From a virus (lineage: Duplodnaviria; Caudoviricetes), in IMG/VR virus record IMGVR_UViG_3300044448_001381, positions 1 to 24,229 of that record: a stretch of DNA of 24,229 nt; one strand, 5' to 3'. Shown here piece after piece: positions 16,922 to 24,174 of this stretch. The notes under the pieces are model-generated. The model was not told where the DNA came from. It worked only from the letters and a program-made list of their open reading frames with translations, and made no database searches. Each line of letters opens with the position of its first letter. The stretch's first letter is position 1. The translations under genes were made by a program, and so were the position numbers.

Positions 16922-17074
16922 CTACCTCTTCTTCGCAGTCTTCTTCGACTTCCGGAATGCCTTAGCGGTAGGCGCGCCCTTTGCGCCCGGCTTGCGCATC
17001 TTCTCGCCGCTGCCAGCCGCGATGCGCTTCCGCTTCGCGTTGATGTTGGCGTAGAGACCTTTCTTGGCTGCCAT
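16922..17074 (-). CDS. Very basic 50-aa protein (MAAKKGLYANINAKRKRIAAGSGEKMRKPGAKGAPTAKAFRKSKKTAKKR)
   Basis: Manual translation, below the ORF-track cutoff. SD GGGGAG; fills the gap exactly; the GLYANI.AKR and KGAPT pattern is one I recognise from small phage proteins. Confidence 0.85.
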   Translation of the reverse strand: MAAKKGLYANINAKRKRIAAGSGEKMRKPGAKGAPTAKAFRKSKKTAKKR

Positions 17075-17086
17075 AGCTCCCCCGTG

Positions 17087-17224
17087 TCAGTTGTTAAGTA
17101 GGCAGAACACTGCCCACCAGAATGCGCCGCAGAACGCAAGCAGGCCCAGCCACACCGCGCTGTGCGCGTTGAGGTAGGGCACTTGACGCGCACGCTCGCG
17201 GCGGTTGCTCAACAGTCCGTCCAT
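17087..17224 (-). CDS. Small single-TM protein, 45 aa (MDGLLSNRRERARQVPYLNAHSAVWLGLLAFCGAFWWAVFCLLNN)
   Basis: Manual translation; TGATG overlap with the upstream gene; basic N-terminus followed by a ~20-aa hydrophobic segment. Confidence 0.68.
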   Translation of the reverse strand: MDGLLSNRRERARQVPYLNAHSAVWLGLLAFCGAFWWAVFCLLNN

Positions 17225-17505
17225 CAGACGGGCAGCGCCTTGGACATGACCCGGCCAACCGTGTCGGTGACCCAGTCGGTGATCGCCTGCACGGCGTTGG
17301 CGGCCTCGGCTTGGCTGATGTTGGCGAGCGTCGCCTTGACAATCGCAACCTCGGCGGCGGCAGCTCCAGGGTCAGTCAGCGCGAGCATGGCCACGCGGCC
17401 GGCGTCGGACGCCATGGCTGCCAGCATCTCCTGCTTGGCGGGGTCGGTGACGGATGCCTTCAGCTTGTCAGCGAGGGCTTCCACAGATTCGTTCAGGTCG
17501 CTCAT
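17224..17505 (-). CDS. Ala-rich helical hypothetical protein, 93 aa
   Basis: ATGA overlap with the lipoprotein gene; strongly C/G-ending codons; amphipathic helical pattern. Confidence 0.8.
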   Translation of the reverse strand: MSDLNESVEALADKLKASVTDPAKQEMLAAMASDAGRVAMLALTDPGAAAAEVAIVKATLANISQAEAANAVQAITDWVTDTVGRVMSKALPV

Positions 17506-17732
17506 TTCTTCTTGGTGTTGGCTTCGATGCGAAGCTGCCAGGTGTCGAGGAGACGCATGCGGGAAGCCTTGGACGGAGCGTCGAGCTTCTCGTCAGCCTC
17601 CACGTAGGCGCGGTAAGACGGCGCGATTGCGTCGTAGGTCAGTTGGTCGGCCTTCACGTAGGCATCAGCAACGCTGATCCCTTCGCAGCCGGTGAGCAGC
17701 GCCAGAGCTGCCAAAGCGCAGAGCTTCTTCAC
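17502..17732 (-). CDS. Putative lipoprotein, 76 aa
   Basis: MKK, hydrophobic core and lipobox LTG-C (Cys16); GTGA overlap with the upstream gene; AAGGA SD. Confidence 0.8.
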   Translation of the reverse strand: MKKLCALAALALLTGCEGISVADAYVKADQLTYDAIAPSYRAYVEADEKLDAPSKASRMRLLDTWQLRIEANTKKK

Positions 17733-18232
17733 TTGGTGTCCTTAGGTTTCGGGGTGTCGGGTTTCTTGGTGGGTGGCTTCGGAGCGTCGTGCCCGTTGCC
17801 GTTTGGTTCTTCCGTCGGACTGCCCTCGGAGATAATCGAGCGCAGGTTGGCCATCAGACCCGTCACCAGCAGCGTAAGCAACGCCGAAGCGACCGAGACC
17901 GATTCGTCGGGGATCGCGCCCGTGCCTAGCATGACGATGAACCCGCCGATCAGGATGCACAGGATGAACGGCGTCGTCTTGGCGAGGTTGAGTCGCGCGG
18001 CCTCTGTGGCAGAGGTGTTGAGCTTAATGCGCGCGAGCTCGAGTTGGATCTCTTCGCGGCGCATCTCGCGCTCAGCCTGCTTCTCAGCTTTCTCGCGAGC
18101 GACGATGGCGTTGTAGCGCGCCTGCGCTTCCTTCGTCTCCTCGCGCTTCATGCGCAACGCAGCTTTCTCGTCCTTCACGATGATCGTCTGCGGGTTGGAG
18201 GTGTCGGTGTCGAGGTCGTCATTCTTGGCCAT
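17729..18232 (-). CDS. Membrane protein with N-terminal coiled coil, two TM helices and a Pro/Lys tail (holin-like topology), 167 aa
   Basis: TM segments FILCILIGGFIVMLGTG and VSVASALLTLLVTGLMA separated by a short loop; charged termini. Confidence 0.72.
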   Translation of the reverse strand: MAKNDDLDTDTSNPQTIIVKDEKAALRMKREETKEAQARYNAIVAREKAEKQAEREMRREEIQLELARIKLNTSATEAARLNLAKTTPFILCILIGGFIVMLGTGAIPDESVSVASALLTLLVTGLMANLRSIISEGSPTEEPNGNGHDAPKPPTKKPDTPKPKDTK

Positions 18233-18239
18233 GGTTAGC

Positions 18240-18482
18240 TCATAGGTATCTGGTCAGTAGTGCTGCCGTCACCGGGATGGCTCCGCCGATCAGCCCTGCT
18301 AGGCCGCAGCGAACCTCGAGGGACGCGATCTTCTTCTCGATGTCGAACAGGCGCGAGTAGAGCTCTCGCATCTCGCCCTTGAAGTTGTTGCGCTCTTCGC
18401 GGATCTCGGTCGTGAGCCGTTCAATGCTGTCCATAACCAGACGCCGGTATTCATCCCAGCCGTTGCCGTTTGCCTCAGACAT
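18240..18482 (-). CDS. Small coiled-coil protein with C-terminal TM anchor, 80 aa
   Basis: Heptad pattern followed by GLAGLIGGAIPVTAALL; 8-nt overlap with the upstream gene. Confidence 0.75.
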   Translation of the reverse strand: MSEANGNGWDEYRRLVMDSIERLTTEIREERNNFKGEMRELYSRLFDIEKKIASLEVRCGLAGLIGGAIPVTAALLTRYL

Positions 18483-20079
18483 GCCGAATGATCCGTAGCA
18501 GGGTGCCGTTGACGACCATGTTTGCCGTTCCGTCTGCGTCGGCCTCGGCTTGGAACTTGAGCTTGTCGCCGCTGCTCAGGCTCAGAATGGTGCTCAGCGT
18601 CACGCTACCAGTGTTCTGGTCGGTGTCGCGCGAAGAGTAGTTGCTGGCGGTGTGCATGCTCTGTCGCACAAACCCGCTACCGGTGTCGAGCCACGTTCGA
18701 CAGAACGCCTCGACGCGGTTGTTGCCGCTGATGCGGAACGAGCAGTCGATCTGGTAGCGACCCGCTGCTGCGATGTTGATGATCGTGTTGTCCGACGTGT
18801 CGGTTCCGCTGTCCTCGTCGTCGATCTGGATGTTGCCAGTCGAGTCCGCCAGCGCGTCCGACGAGGCCGTGTCCCACGATGCGTAGATGGTGGTGTTGGC
18901 TACCGACGCCGTCGACGTGCCGACAGCTAGCATCGTGCTGACCTTGGCATCCGTGGCCAGCTTGGCTGCCGTCACGTTTGCGTCCGTGATCTTGACGGTA
19001 GTGACCGCGTTGGTGGCTAGCCGCGAGGCGTCGACAGCGCCGTCTGCAATTGCCGCTGCGACCACGGCGTCGTCGGCGATGTGTTCACTGCCGACAGCGT
19101 CGTCTGCCAGCTTGGCTCCGGTGACAGCGTCTGCGCCGAGGCGAGCTGTGTCGACGGCTCCGTCTGCGATGGCGGCGCTGCCAACAGCGTCGTCGGCCAG
19201 GTGCTCGCTGCCGACGGCATCGTCGGCGATCTTGGCACCGGTCACGGCGTCTGCCGCCAGCTGCGTCGTGCCCACAGCGCCGGCCGCAATCTTCGCAGAC
19301 GTCACCGCGTTGGCGTCGATAGCTGCGGTCTCGACCGCGCCTGTAGCAAGTAGCGTGGCGTTGACAGCGCCGTCGGCGATCATGGCCGTGGCGATGTCGC
19401 CGGTTGCGATGTGGAGCGCCTTGGTGCTTCCGTTGTAGGTTAGCGGCGGCTCTAGCCCGACCTCCTGCAGCGCGGCTGCCCCGGCTGTCGGGTTGGCTAG
19501 AAGTTTGCCGGCGGCAGCAGTCAGGCCCAGCCCTACCAGCGTGCCGCTGACGTTGTTGTCGATGCTTGGCCCAGTGACGAACGCCTCGCCATCATCGTCC
19601 CCCACCTTGGTCACCACGGCCACCCGCTGAACCGTGTCCGACGCTCCAGTCGGTGCGGTCTTGGTGAACGCGCCCGCGGTCGCGCTGACGTAGAGCTCGT
19701 CGCCGACATCGTAGGTGCCATCAGGCAGGGCCATGTCTCGGAGGTGGCCCAACAGGACGACCCGGCCGTTCAACGCGGTTGCCGTCGTCTCCCGCATAAA
19801 CCCCATGGCTGGCATCTTGGCTGCGTCGTCAGCGTCTGCCAGAGCTACTAGAGCCTCGCCGTCGCTGTTCGCACCAGAGACGTAGACCAGCGCGTTGGCC
19901 GCGATGTCGCTGCCCGTCTCATTGCGCACAGGCACAGACAGCGCATCGACGAGCTCGGTCAGCTCGCCAGTGGCACCCTGCAAATCAGAGATGCGAAGGC
20001 CGCTCCGCTGCAGCAGCTTCCGCCACACATGCCGGTCATACGGCAGCGGCGGAGCGTCGCGGTCGCTGGCCCTCGACAC
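18475..20079 (-). CDS. Fibre-like virion protein (probable head fibre): N-terminal capsid-cement-like beta domain, decapeptide-repeat shaft, C-terminal C1q/BclA-like jelly roll; 534 aa
   Basis: VRNETG.DIAANALVYVSG...VGDELYVSATAGAFTKTAPT; 15 x 10-aa repeats; INIAAAGRYQIDCSF...LSTILSLSSGDKL. Confidence 0.68.
   Translation of the reverse strand: MSRASDRDAPPLPYDRHVWRKLLQRSGLRISDLQGATGELTELVDALSVPVRNETGSDIAANALVYVSGANSDGEALVALADADDAAKMPAMGFMRETTATALNGRVVLLGHLRDMALPDGTYDVGDELYVSATAGAFTKTAPTGASDTVQRVAVVTKVGDDDGEAFVTGPSIDNNVSGTLVGLGLTAAAGKLLANPTAGAAALQEVGLEPPLTYNGSTKALHIATGDIATAMIADGAVNATLLATGAVETAAIDANAVTSAKIAAGAVGTTQLAADAVTGAKIADDAVGSEHLADDAVGSAAIADGAVDTARLGADAVTGAKLADDAVGSEHIADDAVVAAAIADGAVDASRLATNAVTTVKITDANVTAAKLATDAKVSTMLAVGTSTASVANTTIYASWDTASSDALADSTGNIQIDDEDSGTDTSDNTIINIAAAGRYQIDCSFRISGNNRVEAFCRTWLDTGSGFVRQSMHTASNYSSRDTDQNTGSVTLSTILSLSSGDKLKFQAEADADGTANMVVNGTLLRIIRHV
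18961..19410 (-). repeat. 15 tandem imperfect 30-nt (10-aa) coding repeats, consensus [IL]AxxAVxxxx
   Basis: IATGDIATAM IADGAVNATL LATGAVETAA IDANAVTSAK IAAGAVGTTQ LAADAVTGAK IADDAVGSEH LADDAVGSAA IADGAVDTAR LGADAVTGAK LADDAVGSEH IADDAVVAAA IADGAVDASR LATNAVTTVK ITDANVTAAK. Confidence 0.92.
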
Positions 20080-20081
20080 GC

Positions 20082-21770
20082 CTACACGCCCCCGTAACCG
20101 CTAAACGAATCCTCGGGCGTCTCTGGCTGCGCGTCCTGCATCTCCTGCTCGATCGCCTGCGTCTCGGCAACAGCCTTGCCAGCTGGAGCTGCCGCCTGCA
20201 GAGCAGCGAGCTGTTGCTCGGCCGCGGCCTGCTGCGCGCGCTGCTGCCGCATCTCGGCCACCTCTTCTGGAGACCGCAGGCTCTGCGGGTCCATGCCGAT
20301 CTTGCTGGCGTATTGCCGCAGATACTGGTCGGTGTCGAGGATGTCGATCGCCTCAGGGTGCGTCTGCGACAGACCCTGCAACACGGCTTGGAAGCGGTCG
20401 TCCTGCGCCGCGCCTACCGCTTGCTGAGCCTGCGCGAGCATGCTGATGAACTCGACCTCGAGGTCGGTCTCCTCGAGCTCTGGCGGTGCCGGCGGGAACA
20501 TGCCCCGCTCGACCATGTGCCCAAACGTCTGGGTGACCAGCGGCTGCAGCAGCTCGTTGTGGAGGCGCTCCAGCGTCGGGCCGAGCATGGTCAGCTTCTC
20601 TTCGTGCCGCTCGGCCACCTCGGTCGCCGTCATGCTCTTGGTCGTGCTGGCCAGCATCAGGAACAAGTCGGCGTAGAACCGGCTGTTGATCCGCTGCTCA
20701 TGCGTGACGATGTGGTTCTGCAAGTCGCTGAGCTCGAGCGTGGTCTGCCACACCGGGGTCACGCGCTGGTCGCCGGGGATCTCCGTGTGCCCGCCAGGCA
20801 TCTTGTCGATCTCCATACCCTTGAGCGCAGCTGGACCCTGCGTCGGCGGCTTGGTCTTGTAGTCGATCGCCTGGCCTAACCGCTTGGTCATGGACTGCAG
20901 CGCGCGGATGTCGCCGAGCGCCGTCATGCCGGGGCTGCTGCCGTAGATGTCACAGCCCGATGTCGACCACCGCGGCGCGAGCACCGGAAACTCCCGATAG
21001 CCCTCTTCCAGCAAGACGTCGTTGGCTTGGCTGGAGCTGCCCTTGCCGCCGGCCTCGAAGTAGACGCTGCGGAACGGCATGTTGACGCCGTCCATCTTGC
21101 TCTCGTCTCGGTCGAAGCGAGGCTCGATCGCGTGGATCACCGTGCGCCATTCGTCGTAGCGCCCGTTGTTGTAGCTGTTGCGGCAAGCCTGGCTCACCTT
21201 GTCCAGCCCGAACATCTCGACCATCTGCGAGATGGTCATGTCGAACTCGCGGTAGCAGGTGTTGATCTCCTCCTCCGCGTTCGCACCCAGCGCATACTGG
21301 CCAGCAGTCAGCGGGTAGTGGTGGATCACCCGGTCGGGGTGCGGCAGCAGCACGCCCGCGGCGGTGCCGTAGAGCGCGAGCTCCTGATAGTAGCGCGGCA
21401 GCGCACGGTAGGTGTTGCTGCGGTTGAACACGCGCAGGATCTGCTTAGACGCCATCGACAGCCAGTCCTCGACCGGCTTGTAGCTGTTCAAGTCTGGGTC
21501 CGGTGACGCCAAGCGCATCCACGGCCGAGCTGGACTGGTCGCGCCCGCCATCATGCCTGCGACAAGGATCTCGAGCGCGCCGGTCGCCGTGCTGTTGTAG
21601 ATCAGCCGGTGCTTCTTGTCGCCGCGGTTGCGGTCGTCGTGGTTCCACTGACCCGTGCGCGGCAGAACGTGGTCTGCTAGGTCGCGCCAGTGCGTCTCCC
21701 ACGAGGCCCGCTCGGAGTAGAGGCGAGACTTGCGCGTGCGCAGCTGCGTGATCAGTGGTCGCTTGTCCAT
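20082..21770 (-). CDS. Portal protein (head-to-tail connector, T7 gp8/Bbp21-like), 562 aa
   Basis: GMMAGATSPARPW; ELALYGTA; PVLAPRW....IYGSSPGMTALGDIRALQ; MTATEVAERHEEKLTMLGPTLERLHNELLQPL; VEFISMLAQAQ. Confidence 0.96.
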   Translation of the reverse strand: MDKRPLITQLRTRKSRLYSERASWETHWRDLADHVLPRTGQWNHDDRNRGDKKHRLIYNSTATGALEILVAGMMAGATSPARPWMRLASPDPDLNSYKPVEDWLSMASKQILRVFNRSNTYRALPRYYQELALYGTAAGVLLPHPDRVIHHYPLTAGQYALGANAEEEINTCYREFDMTISQMVEMFGLDKVSQACRNSYNNGRYDEWRTVIHAIEPRFDRDESKMDGVNMPFRSVYFEAGGKGSSSQANDVLLEEGYREFPVLAPRWSTSGCDIYGSSPGMTALGDIRALQSMTKRLGQAIDYKTKPPTQGPAALKGMEIDKMPGGHTEIPGDQRVTPVWQTTLELSDLQNHIVTHEQRINSRFYADLFLMLASTTKSMTATEVAERHEEKLTMLGPTLERLHNELLQPLVTQTFGHMVERGMFPPAPPELEETDLEVEFISMLAQAQQAVGAAQDDRFQAVLQGLSQTHPEAIDILDTDQYLRQYASKIGMDPQSLRSPEEVAEMRQQRAQQAAAEQQLAALQAAAPAGKAVAETQAIEQEMQDAQPETPEDSFSGYGGV

Positions 21771-22081
21771 CAGGCTGGGCCGCCCCCGCCGCCAAGCGTC
21801 GTTGCGCTTAAGCCCATCGGCCCCGTCATCGTGGTGCCGCCGACGCCCTTGTTCGATGCCATGCCTGCGACAGGGTTCGGCTTGCGACGGTTAGCTCGAC
21901 GCATGCGCATGCCTTCTTCGCGTTCGCGCGACATAGCTGCGGACTCGGCCTTGCTAGCTGCGGCCCCCTGCGCTTGCCGCCCTCGGCGAGCTTGGTTAGC
22001 TGACTGCTGACCTTGCAGAATGCTTGAGCCTGTGCCAGCGACTGCTGCTGCGATCATCGCAACCTCGAATCCAGTTCCCAT
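21770..22081 (-). CDS. Small Gly/Ala-rich virion-associated protein preceding the portal, about 103 aa
   Basis: Likely start ATG 22081 (MGTGFEVAMIAAAVAG...), 2 nt after the GNAT stop. The C-terminal TTMTGPMGL..TTLG motif is typical of pre-portal proteins; TGATG overlap with the portal gene. Confidence 0.75.
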   Translation of the reverse strand: MGTGFEVAMIAAAVAGTGSSILQGQQSANQARRGRQAQGAAASKAESAAMSREREEGMRMRRANRRKPNPVAGMASNKGVGGTTMTGPMGLSATTLGGGGGPA

Positions 22082-22083
22082 GT

Positions 22084-22548
22084 CTATGCCTTCTTCATGT
22101 AACAGGTAAAGGTCGCGCGGTAGTCGTCGCGACCGGCCATAATTCTGTCCAGCCGGCTGTGTGCCGGCGCGTGCCACACCATGTCGGCGTGATACTCCGC
22201 TGCGGTGTCCTCGGCCGCGCGCATTAGCAAGTTGCCGACGCCCGATCGCCGCACGGTTGGCTTGACGAACAGCGAGTCGTTGACCAGCTGCATCTGCCCT
22301 GAGTTGTGCAGGTGCTCGACCAACACGCAGCAGCAGTAGCCGACCACCTCGTCATCGAGCTCGACGACCCAGATGATCAGCCGGTCGGCGTCCTCGAGCA
22401 TCTGGTATTGATCCCAGTCAGGATCGATGTTGCGCAGGCCAGTGTCTCGAGCGACCTCGCAGAAGTGGTCGACAAACAGAGTGCCAACGCCGGGGGAGCG
22501 CATGTCATCTACGCATCCCAGCCGCAAGGTTAGGGTGTCGGTGGCCAC
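22084..22548 (-). CDS. GNAT-family acetyltransferase, 154 aa
   Basis: DPDWDQY; EVVGY; acetyl-CoA motif A LFVKPTVRRSGVGNLLMRAAE. Confidence 0.88.
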   Translation of the reverse strand: MATDTLTLRLGCVDDMRSPGVGTLFVDHFCEVARDTGLRNIDPDWDQYQMLEDADRLIIWVVELDDEVVGYCCCVLVEHLHNSGQMQLVNDSLFVKPTVRRSGVGNLLMRAAEDTAAEYHADMVWHAPAHSRLDRIMAGRDDYRATFTCYMKKA

Positions 22549-22560
22549 GCGCGGATTCTA
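22549..22560 (-). promoter_or_regulatory. Putative -10 element of a leaderless promoter for the GNAT-portal operon
   Basis: Minus-strand TAGAAT (22560-22555), 6 nt, GTG (22548). No SD and no canonical -35. Confidence 0.5.
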
Positions 22561-22598
22561 TGGACCGAACACCGTCAGCCCTAGGGGGTGGCGCAAGT

Positions 22599-23924
22599 TT
22601 ACGCGAACGGGTTGTGGTCCTGTGCAGAGCGTCGTGGACGCTTCCGCACACGCGCCTCCACATTTGCGACCGGTGCAGCCAGCGTCAGCGCCAGCGCGTC
22701 GGCGATGTCTGGGCTGCCGCTGCCGTCGAGGCGCTTCTTGATCTGCTCCTTGGACTCAAGCACCTTGCGGCCTGCGCTGTCGTAGGTGTAGGTCGGCGTC
22801 GCCAGCTCCTTCTTGAGAGCTAGCAGGTTCGGGATCGCCCCGCCGCCCTTGATCCACGAGCGCATCTCCCACCACATCTCGGTGCGCCGGTTCTTGAACT
22901 GCTCGTGCAGCGCCTTGCCCCCGAACGGAACCTCGATGACCTGGTGCCCCAGCTGCCGCAGCCGGTCGATCACGCCAGCCCCAGCTCCGCTGTCGATGAA
23001 CACGGCCGCGGGGCTGTGCCGCTCGATCTGGTGAGCTACGCGCGCGGCGAGCTCCATGTTGTCGATGTCGCGGATGACGATCGGCTCGAACATGGCCAGC
23101 CCCTGCCGCCTGACGATCACTGAGCGGTCGTCTCCGAAGCGGGCCGGGTCCACCCCTAAGATCACTGGGGCGCTGACAATCGTCGCTTCACGGCCCGTGT
23201 AGCGCCTCTGAGCGGCTTCCTCAGCATCGGCTAGTGAGATCAGCTGGTCGTCGCCGCTGGCCGTGAAGTCGCACAGCATCTCGCGCGCCCACGCCGTGTC
23301 GTCCATGTCCCGGCGCAGACGCTCGACCTCCCGCGGATCCAGCGCCTCGGTGTCCTCGACCGTGTATCTAGCGGCGAACCAGTCGCGGTCGTCCTCAAGC
23401 ATCCGCTCGCTGGCCTTGAAGAACAGCTCGGAGAACAGGTTCAGCCCCTTGGGTGTGCCGATGAACAGCGCCCAGCCCAGCCGGTCAGCCAGCGCCGGCT
23501 GGATAATCTCGTCCCAGACCTCCGGCTTCATCTGCGCGACCTCGTCCATGACCACGCCGTCGAGGCGCACCCCACGCATAGCGTCTGGGTTGTCTGCCCC
23601 ATAAAGCCTGATCATGGCACCGTTTCGGAAAGTCACCGACAGGTCGCCCTCGCGCACGTCGACAGACCCGGTGCGGATCATGCCGTCCAGCGTGGCCTTG
23701 AGCTCGCGCCAGGCAATGGCTGTGGCCTGCTTGAGCTCGGGAGCTACATAGAAGAACAGCCCCTGCGGCTCGGTGAAGCGCAGCGCCTGGTCGACGAGCT
23801 GCATGACGCCGAGCTTGGTCTTGCCAGCGCGGCGGTGCAGGGCGAGCACCGAGAACCGCTTGCAGCTCTCGTGGACCTCGCGCTGCCACTGGCGCGGCTC
23901 ATACTTGAGGCTGATCGTTGTCAT
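22599..23924 (-). CDS. terL: Terminase large subunit, 441 aa
   Basis: Walker A HRRAGKT, Walker B GVVMDEVAQM, FIGTPKG coupling motif, RNase H-like nuclease ILGVDPARFGDDRSV...SPDIADALALT. Confidence 0.96.
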   Translation of the reverse strand: MTTISLKYEPRQWQREVHESCKRFSVLALHRRAGKTKLGVMQLVDQALRFTEPQGLFFYVAPELKQATAIAWRELKATLDGMIRTGSVDVREGDLSVTFRNGAMIRLYGADNPDAMRGVRLDGVVMDEVAQMKPEVWDEIIQPALADRLGWALFIGTPKGLNLFSELFFKASERMLEDDRDWFAARYTVEDTEALDPREVERLRRDMDDTAWAREMLCDFTASGDDQLISLADAEEAAQRRYTGREATIVSAPVILGVDPARFGDDRSVIVRRQGLAMFEPIVIRDIDNMELAARVAHQIERHSPAAVFIDSGAGAGVIDRLRQLGHQVIEVPFGGKALHEQFKNRRTEMWWEMRSWIKGGGAIPNLLALKKELATPTYTYDSAGRKVLESKEQIKKRLDGSGSPDIADALALTLAAPVANVEARVRKRPRRSAQDHNPFA

Positions 23925-24174
23925 GCTTGCGCAGCATAGCCTCCTGCGAGCGTAGCACGGCCGCGCTCATCTGCTCGTTGGTCACCCCGGCGTCCTCCTC
24001 TACCACCTCACTGTCCACCAGCTGGCCGGCTTCGTCATAAGCTCCGACGAACACGCGCCGCACCGTGAGCTCGTGCGTGCCGACGCCGTCGTCGCCGAAG
24101 ACCTGCACGACCGCGCGGCCCCAGTCCTTGAGCTTCCACTCCTTGATCTGTCTCCTATTCGTCTCACCTGACAT
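23899..24174 (-). CDS. Hypothetical protein, about 91 aa
   Basis: Track ORF 23899..24183. GAGGAGG abuts the first ATG but lies 9 nt from ATG 24174, which is the likelier start. Overlaps the terL start. Confidence 0.6.
   Translation of the reverse strand: MSGETNRRQIKEWKLKDWGRAVVQVFGDDGVGTHELTVRRVFVGAYDEAGQLVDSEVVEEDAGVTNEQMSAAVLRSQEAMLRKHDNDQPQV

Noticed and set aside
16909-17348. Track ORFs 16909..17193 and 17094..17348
   Set aside because: They overlap better-supported 45-, 50- and 93-aa genes that have SD or coupling signals and tile the region exactly.
18961-19410. Tandem repeats as a CRISPR array or a diversity-generating retroelement TR/VR pair
   Set aside because: The repeats are in-frame coding units with largely synonymous divergence and no spacers. 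Differences are not adenine-specific and no reverse transcriptase is present in the window.
22082-22177. N-terminal extension of the 135-aa ORF 21770..22177
   Set aside because: It overlaps the GNAT 3' end; ATG 22081 gives a cleaner junction and a typical N-terminus.
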